DNA from: Heterodontus francisci
Lineage: Eukaryota
NCBI RefSeq assembly: GCF_036365525.1
Contig: NC_090408.1
Coordinates: forward strand, 35,084,269-35,148,268
Reading direction: 5' to 3'
DNA: 64,000 bases
Both the position numbers and the translations under genes were made by a program. The notes beneath the pieces were generated by a model that searched no databases, had not been told where the DNA came from, and saw only the letters and a program-made list of their open reading frames with translations. How positions within the stretch are numbered: position 1 is the first letter of the stretch; every line of letters starts with the position of its first letter. This document shows positions 1-13,860 of this stretch, piece by piece.

Positions 1-5
1 TGTAC

Positions 6-87
6 CTGTGATCTGCTTGGGTCTTTGTTTCATCACTAGAACTGGAGGTGTCAGTTTGATACCTTGTACATTTGGTGGATTAATTTG
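6..87 (-). CDS. WDR93: WDR93 coding exon 6 (last one visible; gene continues left of the window)
   Basis: Acceptor ttccattttag and donor G|gtaca. Encodes QINPPNVQGIKLTPPVLVMKQRPKQIT(G), resembling human WDR93 [21 protein letters not shown] as recalled. Phase 0 start matches the upstream exon. Confidence 0.85.
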
Positions 88-199
88 CTAAAATGGAAAT
101 ATACACATCATAATTTCATTTAAAAATCATTCTCTGTTTTAATAACCAACAAATTAATTTTTGATAGCTGAATCAGACAAAGTAAATTACATTTGTCTA

Positions 200-1358
200 T
201 TTACATAGGGATCGATAGCTCAATTCCAGAGCTGAGCTGAGAGTGACTACCCTTGACATCAAGGCAGCATTTGGCTGAGTGTGGTACCAAGGAGCCCTAG
301 CAAATTTGAAGTCTGTGGGAATCAGGGAGAACTCTCCATTGGTTGGAGTCATAGCTAGCACAAAGGAAGATGGTTGTGGTTGTTGGAGGTGCATCACCTC
401 AGCCCCAGGATATCACAGCAGGTGTTCCTCAGGATAGTGTCCTAGGCCCAACCATCTTCAGCTGCTTCATCAATGACCTCCCTCTAACATCAGGTCAGAA
501 GTGGGGTTGTTTGCTGATGAATTCACAGTGTTCAGTACTATTTGCATCTCTTCAGAGACCTGGACAACATTCAGGCTTGGGCTGATAAGTGGCAAGAAAA
601 ATTGGTGCCACACAAGTGCCAGGCAATGACCATCTCCAACAAGAGAGAATCTAACCATCTCCCCTTGACATTCAAAGGCATTACCAGTGCTAAATTCCCC
701 ACCATCATCATCCTGGGGGTTACCATTAACCCGAAACTCAACTGGACTACCCATATAAATACTGTTGCTACAAGAGCAGGTCAGAGGCTGGGAATTCTGC
801 AGTGAGTAACCCACCTTGTGACTCCCCCAAAGCCTGTCCATCATCTACAAGGCACAAGTCAGGAGTGTGATGGAATACTCTCCACTTGCAGCTCCAACAA
901 AACTCAAGAAGCTCGACACTATCCAAGACAAAGCAGCCTGCTTGATTGGCACCCCATCCACCAACTTAAACATTCACTCCCTCCACCATTAGCACATTAG
1001 CAACAGTGTGTACCATCTACAAGATGCAATGCAGCAACTTGCCAAGGTTCATTTGACAGCACCTTCCAAAAATGCTGTCCACCTTGAAGAACAAGGACAG
1101 CAGATGTTCGAAACACCATCATCTGTAGGTTCCCCTCATAAACCATCCTGTCTTTGAACTATATCGCCATTCCTTCACTGTCACTAGGTCAAAATCTTGG
1201 AAAAGCCTCTCTAACAGCACCTTGGGTGTACCTACACCATATGGACTGCAGCGGTTCAAGAAGGCAGCTCACCACGACCTTCTCAAGGGCAATTAGTGAT
1301 GGGTAATAAATGCTGGCCTTGCCAGCGATTCTCATATCCCAAGAATGAAATAAAAAAA
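200..1358 (+). mobile_element. CR1-group LINE 3' fragment, degenerate RT
   Basis: AGVPQDSVLGPTIFSCFINDLP and DLDNIQAWADKWQ in broken frames. The 3' tail gggcaattag...atgctggccttgccagcga...aaataaaaaaa recurs at about 18180-18348. Confidence 0.85.
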
Positions 1359-2037
1359 TGAAAGTGCCCCTATTTTGAGAGTACCCATTATATTCTATAT
1401 GTTACAGTTTGTATAACATACCAATAAATCACAACTAAACAGTATTAAAAGAAATACATAAAAATAAAAAGTAACCTAGTTATTTTCAGTTGCTTTTTCT
1501 GGCCATGAGACAACCTGGAGAGTCTGTTAAGATAATGAGCCAAATAGTTGACAATCTAGAGAGACTTGAAAACAACTGGCCTCTAACTGACTTCAGGAAT
1601 ACGTCCCCTAATAGTGTGTCTCTGGAATGGCATTTAAAAGAGACAAGCCAGGCTAGCAGCTGAACACTGCACCCTGTGATCCAGGCTCTGGCATATCAGC
1701 GAGCAATACCGAAAGAAATCCGTTTTTACATATAAAGTAATGAATAATGGGATCTTCTAGCAGGTATAAATACAGTAGGAAGATACTTTTGAATGAATCT
1801 AATAATTCCAAACTATCCACAAGTTATGTTTCAATTTGACTCAGTTGGTAGCACTCTTGATTCACCCTTGAAGATTGTGGGTTCAAAACCCATAATCAGG
1901 TGTTAGTGTTCAGGCCCTAAATTACAGTGCAGTATTGAGGAAGTGCTGTGTTGTTGAATGCGCTGCTCTTGGGATGAGATGTTAAACCAAAGTTCAGTCT
2001 GCTTGTTTAGATGGATGTTAAAGATCCCAAATCCCAC

Positions 2038-2445
2038 AGAATAGAATCATAGAAAGTTTATGGCAGAGAAAGAGGCCACTAGGCCCATCGTGTCGGCGCC
2101 GGTCGAAAAACAAGACACCCAGCCTAATCCCACTTTCCAGCATTTGGTCCATAGCCCTGCAGGTTACGGCACTTGAGATGCATATCCAGACACCTTTTAA
2201 ATGAGTTGAGGTTTTCTGCCTCTACTACTCTGTCAGGCAGTGAGTTCCAGACCCCCACCACCCTCAGGGTAAAAAGATTTTTCCTCATCTCCCCTCTAAG
2301 CCTGTTACCAATCACTTTAAATCTATGCCTCCTAGTCACTGATCTCTCTGCTAAGGTAAATAGGCCCTTCACATTCACTCTATCCAGGCCCCTCACAATT
2401 TTGTACATTTCAAACAAATATCTCCTCAGCCTTCTCTGTTCCATT
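2038..2445 (-). mobile_element. CR1 LINE 3' end
   Basis: EQRRLRRYLFEMYKI...VWNSLPDRVVEA plus a CR1 3' tail with a ttctatga-type microsatellite. Confidence 0.88.
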
Positions 2446-2754
2446 GAGCTGACAAAACATCCTCTCTGATGAATGCATCAGCAACATTTGCAGCAACAAA
2501 TAGGAGTACACTGGTAATAAGAAAGGTTTAATAGTCTCCTCCATCCTAACTCCAGTAACATCAAACACCTTAAAGCCCATTCCTGTTATGAAACTGCTTT
2601 TAATATAAATGATTTGTAATTTTGTGCACCAGAATATTGCTTCTAGGGAGTCTTACCTACTGTCTATTTCATACTGAATGGTGGAGCAGTCTCGAAGGGC
2701 CAAATGGCCTACTTCTGCTCCTATTTCTTGTGTTCATTTGTTGCACTTGTAATA

Positions 2755-3275
2755 AGAACATAAGAAATAGGAGCGGGAGTAGGCCATTCAGCCCCTCAAG
2801 ACTGCCCTGCCATTCAATAAGATCATGGCTGATCTGTCCCAGGCCTCAACTCCTCTTTCGGGCCTGCTCCGCATAACCCTTGACTCCCCGAGATTTCAAA
2901 AATCTAACTTCTCCTGAAATTCATTTAGTGACCTAGCCTCCACAACTCTTTGAAGTAGAGAATTCCAGAGATTCACCACCCTCTGAGAGAAGAAATTCCT
3001 TCGCATCTCAGTTTTAAATGTGTGACCCCTTATTCTGTAACTATGTCCTCTAGTTCGAGATTCCCCCACCAGTGGAAACATATTTTCAACATCTAATCTG
3101 TCAAGCCCACTTAGAATCTTATATGCTTTAATAAGATCACCTCTCATTCTTCTAAACTCCAATGAATAAAGGCCTAACCTGTTTAGACGTTCTTGATAAG
3201 CCAACCCCTTCATCCCAGGAACCAGCCTAGTGAATCTTTTTTGAACTGCCTCAAATGCTAGTATATCCTTCCTTA
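2755..3275 (-). mobile_element. CR1 LINE 3' end
   Basis: YQERLNRLGLYSLEFRRMRGDLI...FFSQRVVNLWNSL. Confidence 0.88.
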
Positions 3276-5854
3276 AGATTATATCCTACATATAATCCTA
3301 CATTCTGGATACACCACCATTCAAATTAAGGTCCATTCTTCTGGGGAGGGCGGCCTTCCCGTGCCTGGTTAGTAAAAATGATAGGGGTGGCCAAGAACAC
3401 AAGGCAAATTCCCCTTCCTCCCCACCCTGTCCACACAGATCCGGCCAGCAATGGGAAATAAAACAGGCCCTTATGTATCATGGCAATAAATGTTTGCCTT
3501 TGGCCTGGAATCAGCACCATTCCGTGATCAAAGCCACCCAGAAAACCTTCCTCCCTTGAGATGTTTTGGAGCCACAAACCGATCTATACGTTGGTTGTTT
3601 ACGCCGATGGAGTAAAACAAATGAGGGTAATGTCCCAGCTGGCTAGAATGCTGAATTTAATCTTTTACAACAGCCCATTTTTGCCTCGAAATCACAATGT
3701 GGGAAACTATTATTTGCCCATGCCTTTTAAATAGGTTAATAGCTTCAAGTAGCAGATAGAAGGCTTTCAGATAAACACATTAAACATATGCACATTAGTA
3801 TCCCGTGGTGCAATTTCAAGGTCTTTGACACTGAATTCTGCTTGATAGGAAGTTATGCTTAATAAAGGTTATATATATGATTGACAATTACCGAAATTAA
3901 TCGTCCTTCCCCTCATTCTGAAATTCTCAGAATTGCAGCACTAATGGCGCTGAATAATTGCTTGGCTAGTTACTGACATTATTCCTGTGTCACAGTGATT
4001 TTAGCTGATAGGCAGATACCACTGTTCTACATTAATTGGCATAGTGGGAGTCAAAGTGATAAAAATGAGAAAAATATATCACTATGTTCCGATTGTGTGT
4101 TGTTGGGAGTTCCTTTACATCAGGAGCACATAATCTTAACATTCACACAACCTTGTGCAATAATTAAATGTGCACTTCACCAACTCATTAAAATCACACT
4201 GATAAGTCTTTCACTATCAGAATTCAGTTCCAATGAAAGGTCTCAGCTGAAACATTCACCTCTCCTTTTTCAGAAATGTTGATTGACCTGCTGTGTATTT
4301 CTAGCACTGCAGTTTTATTTCAAATTTCCAACATTTGTGCTTTTTCTTTCTACGAAGTATTTTCTGCATTTAATTCATATTATGCAAAATTATTCACTGT
4401 ATGGAAAAATATGTAGTTTTTTTGGGGCAATCTAAAAGCATTCTATTTTCTGCCTGCTAATCCCTACAGATACACCTGTAGCCAAAAGTACAGGTGGCAT
4501 GGTCCTATGCCTAATTCCTCAGTTCTTTGTAACCTTGGCACCTTGGTCAATCCTGAATAGCTTCTCACCCCACATTCAGTGAACCACCAAGGCTGCATTT
4601 TTGGTACCTTCACACTATGCATATTTGAACCCTCACTTCTGCCAAAGTTCACCACCTCACCAGATGATTCCTTTCCTGCTTTCCTTGCCCGTCTCTCCTT
4701 GACCATCCTTCTAAGCCTAGTTAATCTATAACTCTGCAGCCACTGTCTTCTCTCATATAGTCCAGCGCCCCATTACAGCTATCCTTGCCATATGGCATAG
4801 GGTTCCTGTCCCCTACACATAAACTTTAAGATGCTAGTCTTTATTTTAAAATATCTCTGGTCTCTTTCCACCTTATCTAAGTGATCTGTTCCAGCTTTAT
4901 GTCACAACACCACCCTCCATTCTTAGAACTCTGCATTACCACTCCATCAAGAAGTCGCTCCTTTAGTCACTACATTCCAGCTCTTTGAAACTTTCTCCCC
5001 GAACCATTGCATTTTGTTTGCATTCCTCCTCCCTTCAAAAACCTCTTAAATATCTTTCTTTCCATTTATTCTTTTAGGGTCCCCATAAAGTCTCTGTAAT
5101 TATGCCTTCATTGCCTGTTTTGCATACTCTTATCCTTTTTGCATGTCCTCTAATATGTTTTCTCTACATGAGGAATCCTACACAAATGAAACTTGTACAA
5201 TTGGCCAGCTGAAAAATACTTAACACCAATTTTTCCCTTCTAATTTCCCTCCTCCTATGAATATTCCCACACCAATGTGGCTGAGACTGGTAATTTAGCA
5301 ACATGATTGATCAAGCATGTGGCTTCCATTGCCATGCACCAATGCACCAGTGCTGCCATCTGCACAACTTTAAACATGGATTTACTCAATCTGGCAATAA
5401 TTTTTCTAAACCTAAATTAAGTTTCTGAAATAAAAACAGAAAATGCAAACATTCCAATGATCGACTGAGTAAAGCCAACACCTGCTGCAGTAAAGAAAGA
5501 ATTTGCATTTACAAAGTACCTATTAAATCTTCAGGATATCCCAAAGAGCTTAACAGACAATTAATTATTTTTGAAGTGTTGTTTTTTTTCGCTGATGTGG
5601 ACACAGCAAGATGTTTTAAATAGCAATGAGATGCCTGACCAGTTAACATGCTTTTGGTGGTGTCAGTTGAGAGATAAATGTTAGCCAAGGCACTGGAACT
5701 CCTTTGCTCTTCCCTCATAATGCTTGGGATCTTTTACATCCAGCTGAGTGGACAGATGGGGGCCTAAGTTTAATGTCTCATTTGAAAGGTGGTACTTCCA
5801 ACAATGCAGTACTCCTGTACTATGATACTATGTATCAACCTACATTATCCTCGA

Positions 5855-6905
5855 ATCATAGACTGATACAGCACAGAATGAGGCCATTCAGCCCACTGTG
5901 CATGTGCTGGCTCTTTGATACAGCTATCCAATTAATCCCACTCCCCTCTTCTATCCCCATTACCCTGTGAATGTATCCAACCCTCTTCTGATGTTACCAT
6001 TGGCACTGCTTCTACCATTCTTTCAGGAAGTGCATTCCAGATCACAACAACTCTGTATAAAACAAGTCACCTCCAGTTCATTTGCTAATCACTTTAAATC
6101 TGTGTCATAGAATGGTAACAACAAAGGAGGCCATTTGGCCCATTGTGGCCATGCCAACCCAGCTTGTCCCACTCCCCTGCCTTTTCCCTATAGCCCTGAA
6201 AATGTTTTCTCTTTGGATAATTATACAATTCCCTTTGAAAGCCACTATTGAATCTGCCTCCACCACACTCTCAGGCAGTGAATTCCAGATCCTAACCACT
6301 GCCACATAAAAAGTTTCTCTTCATATCGCCTCTGGTTCTTATGCCAATCACTTTAAATAGGTGTCCTCTGGTTCTCAATCCTTCCACCAATGGAAACAAT
6401 TTCTCCCTATCTTCTCTGTCCAGACCCCACCTCTATCAATTCTCCTCCTAACCTTCGCTTCTCTAAGGAGAACAACCCCTGCTTCTCCAATCTATCCTCG
6501 TAACTGAAGTCCCTCATCACTGAACCATCCTCTCCAATGCCTTCACATCCTTCCTAAAGTGTAATGACCAGAATTGGACACAATACTCCAGTTGAAGCAG
6601 AACCAGTGTTTTATAAAGGTTCACTATCCCTGGATCTCTGGTTACTGACCCTTCTGCAACTGGAAATAGTTTTGCCTTATTTACTCTACCAAAGCCGTTC
6701 ATGTTTTTGAACACTATCAAATCTCCTCTTAACTTTCTCTACTCTAAGGAGAAAAACCCCAGCTTCACCAGTCTCTCCACAAAAGTCTCTCACCCCAGGC
6801 ACATTCTAGTAATTCTCTTTTGCACCCTCTTGAAGATTATTCCTTGACGATCTTGACATCATTCCTTCAGTGTGGTGCCCAGAACTGGACACAATACTCC
6901 AGCTT
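5855..6905 (-). mobile_element. Cluster of stacked CR1 3' fragments
   Basis: Repeated IWNSLPESVVEA, LEYCVQFWS and CR1 tail motifs. Confidence 0.75.
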
Positions 6906-6944
6906 ATGGGCTCAACTCCTGGAGCGAGGCTTGAATGGTATCAG

Positions 6945-7515
6945 CTGAGGCTCAGTGAGGGTGCACTTGCCTCTGAACACAAGAGCACAAGAAATAGGAG
7001 CAGGAGTAGATCATATGGCCTGTCGAGCCTGCTCCGCCACTCGATACGATTGTAGCTAATCTTAGGCCTGAACTCCAGTTTCCCGCCCGCTCACCATATC
7101 CTGAGTAAAAACCATGTGGGCACAAGTCGCACTCCAGAGACTTGAGTGCAAAATCTAGGCTGACATTTCAGCACAGTACTGGGGGAGTGCTGCAGCATTG
7201 GATGTGCCATCTTTCAGCTGAGATGTGAAACAAAGGTCCAGTCTGTCCTCTCAGATGGGCATTAAGATCACTTGGCACTATTTTGAAGTGCACTGGGTCC
7301 TCCCAATTGCCTTAATTTATCCCAATTTATCCCTTAACCAACATCACCAAAACAGATTGTTTGGACATTATCAAATTGCTGTTTGTGGGACCTTGCTGTG
7401 CAAATTGGCCACAGTGGCTCCTATATTTCAACAGTGATTACACTTCAAAAAGTACTTCATTGGCTGTGAAGCACTTTGGGACATGAAAGGCAATATATAT
7501 GCAAGTTCTTTCTTT
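6945..7515 (+). mobile_element. SacSINE1-like DeuSINE interrupted by a CR1 tail (about 6980-7100)
   Basis: tRNA-like head, central ...gctgtttgtgggaccttgctgtgcaaattggc... domain, and 3' tail ...caagttctttc. Confidence 0.7.
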
Positions 7516-8111
7516 TTTTGATTCAAAGGTGATAGTCCTATCACAGAGCCATTATTGGCACTTGCACTAAGCCACACAGGCTAGAAGTTTCTAGACACGA
7601 ATTTGTTAACTGATCTCAACTAGGGCAGCAATTGAGACAATGAAAGTAAGTATACCCTAATGGGTAAGATTCTTAAGATAGAGAAGCAGAGAAATCTCAG
7701 AGTGCAGGTGCATAAATTGTTAAACATGTATGAGCAGGTAGGAAATGCCATGAAAAAGGCAAATGGGATGTTGGAATTTATATTGGAAAATGAAGAATGC
7801 CCATGTGAGTGAGGTACTGAAGGATTACTAGCTCCCATGGAACTAGACCCCAGCAAGAGTCCGTGCCTCAGAAGAGGGAAAAAGACCCACAAAATCCTGG
7901 AACTGCACAGCAGGTCTGAAAAGAGAAGAAATAGGTTAACTTTGAGTCAGCAGATGAAGAGTTTGAACCTGAAACGTTAACCTTTTTCCTTTCAAATGCA
8001 GATCAACATGCCATATATATCCAGAATTTATTTTAGATCTAAATTAGGTTTTCATTGGTCAGCAGCCTAAAAAAATAAACAATGGCATGTCTTTGTCATC
8101 ATATCACATAC

Positions 8112-8215
8112 TCCATCTTGCTCATTAAGTGTCATTAGCTTTTCAAACTGATCCAGCTCTTGTGCCCAATTGTCTTTCAGCAGTCGATATACCTCCAGCC
8201 AGGACTCGCCTTTAC
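8112..8215 (-). CDS. WDR93: WDR93 coding exon 5
   Basis: Acceptor ttttctcctttag and donor gtatgt. Encodes (G)KGESWLEVYRLLKDNWAQELDQFEKLMTLNEQDG, cf. human [20 protein letters not shown]. Phase 1 in, phase 0 out. Confidence 0.87.
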
Positions 8216-9136
8216 CTAAAGGAGAAAATAAAAATTTAAACTGTGAAATAAACCAGAAGGTAATAAACTAAAACCAGCAAAGCAATAAAGTTAAACCACC
8301 CATGACAAAGGGAGTGCTACATTGTCAGAGGTACAGTTTCTCAGATGAGATGTTAAACTCAGGTCCTAGCTGCCTGTTCAAGAGGATGCCAATGATCCCA
8401 CGGCACTACTCAAGGAGAATTTAGGAAACAGTAAATATGCTATGCCTGTCGCCTTGCAGGAAAACTTAAGGGAAAGTACATTTTATGGAATTATTACATA
8501 CTTTACAGTGCAATAATATGAGATATTCATTAACACCTGTTGTTCTTGTTTTGTATATTGAACTTTCCAATGGGTAATTTGATAAAAGTAGTCATAACCG
8601 AACCATACAAAACAAGAAGTCCCGGGTTACATTTCTATTTTGTGCTAAGTTGGTGTGGGAGTAGCAGTATTACAATTTGCCTCAGTGCTACTAGGTTAGG
8701 AAGGAAATATGAAAAAATACACACACCCCAACTGAGATCAGTTAACTCAGCACATAGAGGAGAGATTGAACCAGAAACCCTTGGCCTGTATGGATCTGTT
8801 AAACAGAGAATTTATCAACAAGCTAACTGGTTGTTCCAAAAACTAACAGTTAAAAGCAAACTATTCAATGGCGACGCACGTATCAATAAACCAGCCTTTA
8901 TCGATAGATGCTACCATCCATTAAAATAATCTTAAGACAAAATCTTAAGTTAAAATTAATATAAATCTGTTTGTCTATTTATGTACCAAAGGTGAATTCC
9001 TTATTGAATGTGAAGTGTTACGGAAAGGTGAGAGATCTTAGGGATGGTTCCTCCTTTTTCACCTCTCGACAGACCGAAGACGGCATGGATTTCTTTTTAA
9101 AGAAAATGTTTTTTAAACCCCCGAGTGCTTTCACGG

Positions 9137-11008
9137 GAACATGGGAAATAGGAGCAGGAGCAGGTCATTCAACCCCATGGGCCTGCTCCGCCATTCAACG
9201 AGATCATGGCTGATCATCTACCTCAACGCCATTTTCCCACACTATATGCATATCCCTTGATATCTTTAATATCTAGAAATCTATTGCTCTCTGTCTTGAA
9301 CATACTCAATGAGTGAGCCTCCACAGCCCTCTGGGGTAGAGAATCCCAAAGATTCACCATCCTATGAGTGAAGAAATTCCTCCTCACCTCAATCCTAAAT
9401 GGCCTATCTCTTACTCTGAGACTACCCCCGGTTCTAGATCCCCCAGCTAGGGGAAACATCCTTCCTGCATCAACCCTGTTGAGCCCTGTAAGAATTTTGT
9501 ATGCTTCAATGAGATCACCTCTCATTCTTCTAAACTCTAGAGAATACAGGCCCAGTCTCCTCAATCTCTCTTCATAGGACAATCCTGCTATCCCAGGGAT
9601 CAGTCTGGTGAACCTTTGTTGCACTCTCTCTATAGCAAGTATATCTTTCCTTAGGTAAGGAGACCAAAACTGTACACAATATTCTGGGTGTGGTCTCACC
9701 AAGGGTCTATACAATTGCAGCAAGCCATCTTTATTCCTGTACTCAAATCCTCCTGCAATAAAGGCCAACATACCATTTGCCTTCCTAATTGCTTGCTGCA
9801 TGTTAGCTTTCAGTGATTTCTGAACAAGGACACCCCGGTCCCTTTGGGCAGCAACACTTCCCTTTCTCTTACCATTTAAGAAATATTCTGTATTTTTATT
9901 TTTCCACATTATATTCCATGTACCATGTTCTTGCCCACTCACTTAGCCTGTCTAAATCCTCCTGAAGCCTCTTTGAATCCTCCTCACAACTCACATTCCT
10001 TAGTTTTGTGTCATCAGCAAACTTGGAAATATTACATTTGGTCCCCACATCCAGATTATTGATATAGATTGTGAAGAACTGGGGCCCAAGCACTGATCCT
10101 TGCGGTATCCCAATAGTCACAGCCTGCCAATCTGAGAATGACCTGTTTATTCCTACTCTGTTTTTTGTCCGTTAACCAATTCTCAATCCATGACAGTATA
10201 TTATCCCGAATCCCATGTGCACTAATTTTGCTTACTGATGTTTTGTGTGGGACCTTATCGAAAGCCTTTTGAAAATCCAAATGAACACTGGTTCCCCCTT
10301 ATCTATTCTGCTAGTTACATCCCCAAAAAACTCTAACAGGTCTGTAAACATAATTTCCTTTTCATAAATCCAACCATTATTTTCCAAGTGTCCAGTTATT
10401 ACATCCTTTATAATAGATTCTAGCATTTTCCCGACTACTGATGTCAGGCTAACAGGTCTGTGGTTCCCTGTTTTCTCTCCCTCCTTTCTTAAATAGCGGG
10501 GTTACATTTTCTACCTTCCAAACTTCAGGAACAGCTCCAGAATCTAGAGAATTTTGGAACATGATCATCAATGCATCCACCATCTCCACAGCCAGCTCTT
10601 TCAACACTCTGGGATGTAGATCATCTGGTCCAGGGGATTTATCAACTTTCAGTCCCATTAAATTCTCCAGTATTACTTTTTTACTAAGACTGAATTCTTT
10701 CAGTTCCTCATTCTCACTAGGCTATTGGTTCTCTAGTATTTCTGGGAGGTTTTTGTATCTTCCTCCATGAAGACAGACACAAGTATTTGTTCAGTTTCTC
10801 TGCCATTTCCTTCTTCCCCATTATAAATTCCCTTGTCTCTGTAGGTAACATGCCCACATTTGTCTTTGCTAATCTTTTCTTTTTTTTACATTTTTATAGA
10901 AGCTTTTACAGCCCATTTTATATTTCTTGCTAGTTTACTTTCATCTTCATTTTCTCTTTCTTTATCAGTTTCGTGTTCCTTTGCTGAATTCTAAAATACT
11001 CCCAATCC
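9137..11008 (-). mobile_element. 5'-truncated CR1 LINE (RT domain, frameshifted)
   Basis: [43 protein letters not shown] and the C-terminal FFTHRMVNLW. Confidence 0.92.
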
Positions 11009-13860
11009 TTTTTTTATCAAGAACAGACAAATGACAGGTTTTCTCATACATTTAAAAGAAAGATAAATGTTTATTATACAACATCTGAAATATTCGCAAC
11101 AGTCATCCAGATAACTACACACACTCATGAAAAGATAGAGATTATAAAAGATAACATGCATTAGGCCTGATGATTGCTCTGTTAAACTTGCTTTTCCCTT
11201 GTTCACTGAAGAAAGACTTGGGAGGGTGAGAAAGATGACATGCTGCTGCAAATGGTTCTTGTTATACTCTAGCCAAAGAGGTATACAAAGCATAATTTGA
11301 AAGTCTGCCAATGACACAAAACTCAGAAATGTAGTAAACAGTGAGGAGGACAGTAACAGACATCAGGAGGACATAGACAGGCTTGTGAAATGGGCAGACA
11401 CATGACAGTAAAAGTTAATGCAGAGAAGCATCCTTTACCACAGAAAGAATTGTTTGTATTTTAATGACTTCTCCAAGATTTGTCCAGACATGAATATTAG
11501 GTCAGAGTTCTTGTAGTTCGATGTGCATTGGCAGGAAAGGAAAAGTCACCTGACCTCTCCACTCTTAATTTTGTTTTTACTTCACAAGTTCATTTTATAG
11601 TTCATAAGTTTGGATTGCGTGGGCATGACAGAAGAAAAAGAAACATTGCAATGACATAGCATCTCTCAGTGACATCTTGGCATAGGCTCCATGGGCCAAA
11701 TGGCCTCCTTCTGTGCTGTATCATTCTATGATCTCAAAGCACTTCGTAAACAATGAAATACTTTCCTGATGGGCAGTCATTGGGCCAGAAATTGCAGCAA
11801 TTTTGGGTTTCGTGTCAACGGCATTAATTGGATTTTTCTGCTCACTGCTGACATCGTATATTTACACTGAAAATTGCTAAAATGTCCATCGGATAACAGC
11901 GCAGTGAAGCCAGTGTCATATCTGGGACCTCATGAAAGCTGCCCCATGTGAACACCTCCCCTCCACCCGCCCACCACCCCCCTGAGGTGGGAGTGCTTGA
12001 TGCTGACATGCGAAAACTGGAAAATCGGTTTATTCCCTAGTACTCACTCCTCTCATTAAGCAAAAAACTATGAGATGAAATGTATAAACAGGAAAAAAAG
12101 AATCTTTAAAAACCTTTAGCTCAAGAATTGTTTTGCAAAATTAATTTAATACACTGAGCATTTTCCTCCCATGTAGTTCTTTGGTCCCTATAATTTGGTG
12201 AGTTTTATACAGTGCAATTTATGTCAGCCCACACTCGCTTTAGATTGCTGGCCCTTTCTGCACTCTGACAGTTTTCACGTATTGATGCATTTGCTCTACG
12301 CTATAGCTGATCTGGGAGAGCTTAATGCGGATAGTGGATGTTAAACGTGCAGAGGTATTCCATTCCCTTATGCTTAAGAACATAAGAAATAGGAGCAGGA
12401 GTAGGCCATTCAGCCCTTCGAGCTCACTCTGCCATTCAATGAGATCATGGCTGATCTTCTACTTCAAGACCATTTTCCTGCACCATCCCTGTATCCCTTG
12501 ATATTTTTAATATGTAGAAATCCATCAATCTCAGTCTTGCATGTTCTTTGCACTCAGTGGAGGGTTAAATTCAACGTCAGTGGGATTACAAAACAAACAG
12601 TAGTGGATCGACCTGCCTGATGTTCCTTTCCATTGAAGTCAATAAAAAGAAAATTGATTCACTACCGCCTGTTTTATGACCCCACTGAAGTTAAATTTCA
12701 TATCAACAACTCTTAACTCTCTATGAAGTCTGAGTCTGCACAAAACTTGAATACTGCTCCCATATCTACATTCACGGACAAGACACATAAAAAAGTTTGT
12801 CATCTGATGCACAATCCTAATACCATCCTTCTTACAATTGCACCCATCTTTTTCTATTTTTATCAGACAATTGCTGTAACATGCAAAATTCTAGGCATTG
12901 ACTCTCACCATCAGCTACATGAGCTTTCCTCTAAAGATTAGTATCCTATCTAGATCTGGTAAATCAAGAAGTAAGGTGGAAAGAGGGTGGGATCATAACT
13001 TAAATTGGCTTTGCTGCTGCTGATGAAAGTTCAAAAATCTTAATTTTCATAATTAATGTTTAAACCCAGAGAGGTATTTGGTATCTAGTCACTTGGTCCA
13101 ATCAACACCCTCAGCTCCTCTCTCGAAGATCACTCATTTTGCCTCTACTCTCTAGAAGTTGATTCCTAAACTCCTTTGCCTTCCTTCCTACCTTTCTCCC
13201 TTAAGTTCCTTAAAATCTACCTCCTTGCCTGTGTCTTTGATTCTCGCTCACCTTAATCCTTCCCGACTCTTCCTCAGTATCCTTCTTTCCCTCTTATAAA
13301 TCACGCAGAGATGTAAAGAATGCTACATAAATGCAACTTGTCTTCTACTTCAGAAAAAAACTGTCATTTTATAAATTGCCAGGCAGCCTGCTCAGAAACC
13401 AGACAGCTAGCTCAGAAAGCAGGCAGCCCTGTTCAATAGCAGCCAGTGAGCGACCAGACCGCATTCTTGTGGTTAATCTGATCATAAAGACAATGTTGTG
13501 AGAAGGTTAATGCTGATAATCCAGTCCTGGAGGTCAGTAATACAATCACTCACTGGAAATCAACATGTAAAAATTGAACAAAAGTTCAAGCTGAATAATT
13601 GGAGCCCATTTCAGTGCAGTTATTCTATTTATATAGCTATCTGTCCCTGGTGCTCTGAGAGGCATATGCTACACTTATCAGAATTACCATCTCATTTCAT
13701 GGCATAATTGATGAGAAAAGAAAATACATTTTGCAGAACAATAAAGATTTGTTCACGATTTTCAATGTTCTGTGACAGTAATAATGTTGAAGACATTATA
13801 TTTCACTTTGACTGATGACGTGCATACTGGACTGGATTTCTTGACTATATGCATCACTTG

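Noticed and set aside
1475-1540. Possible small WDR93 exon (cttaacag|actctccag...)
   Set aside because: In phase 0 it reaches a stop before any good donor. The flanking exons already join in frame, though a short exon elsewhere cannot be excluded.
1835-1895. tRNA-like A/B boxes (also at about 34200-34260 and 40470-40525)
   Set aside because: These are SINE heads that continue into SINE bodies, and no complete cloverleaf forms.
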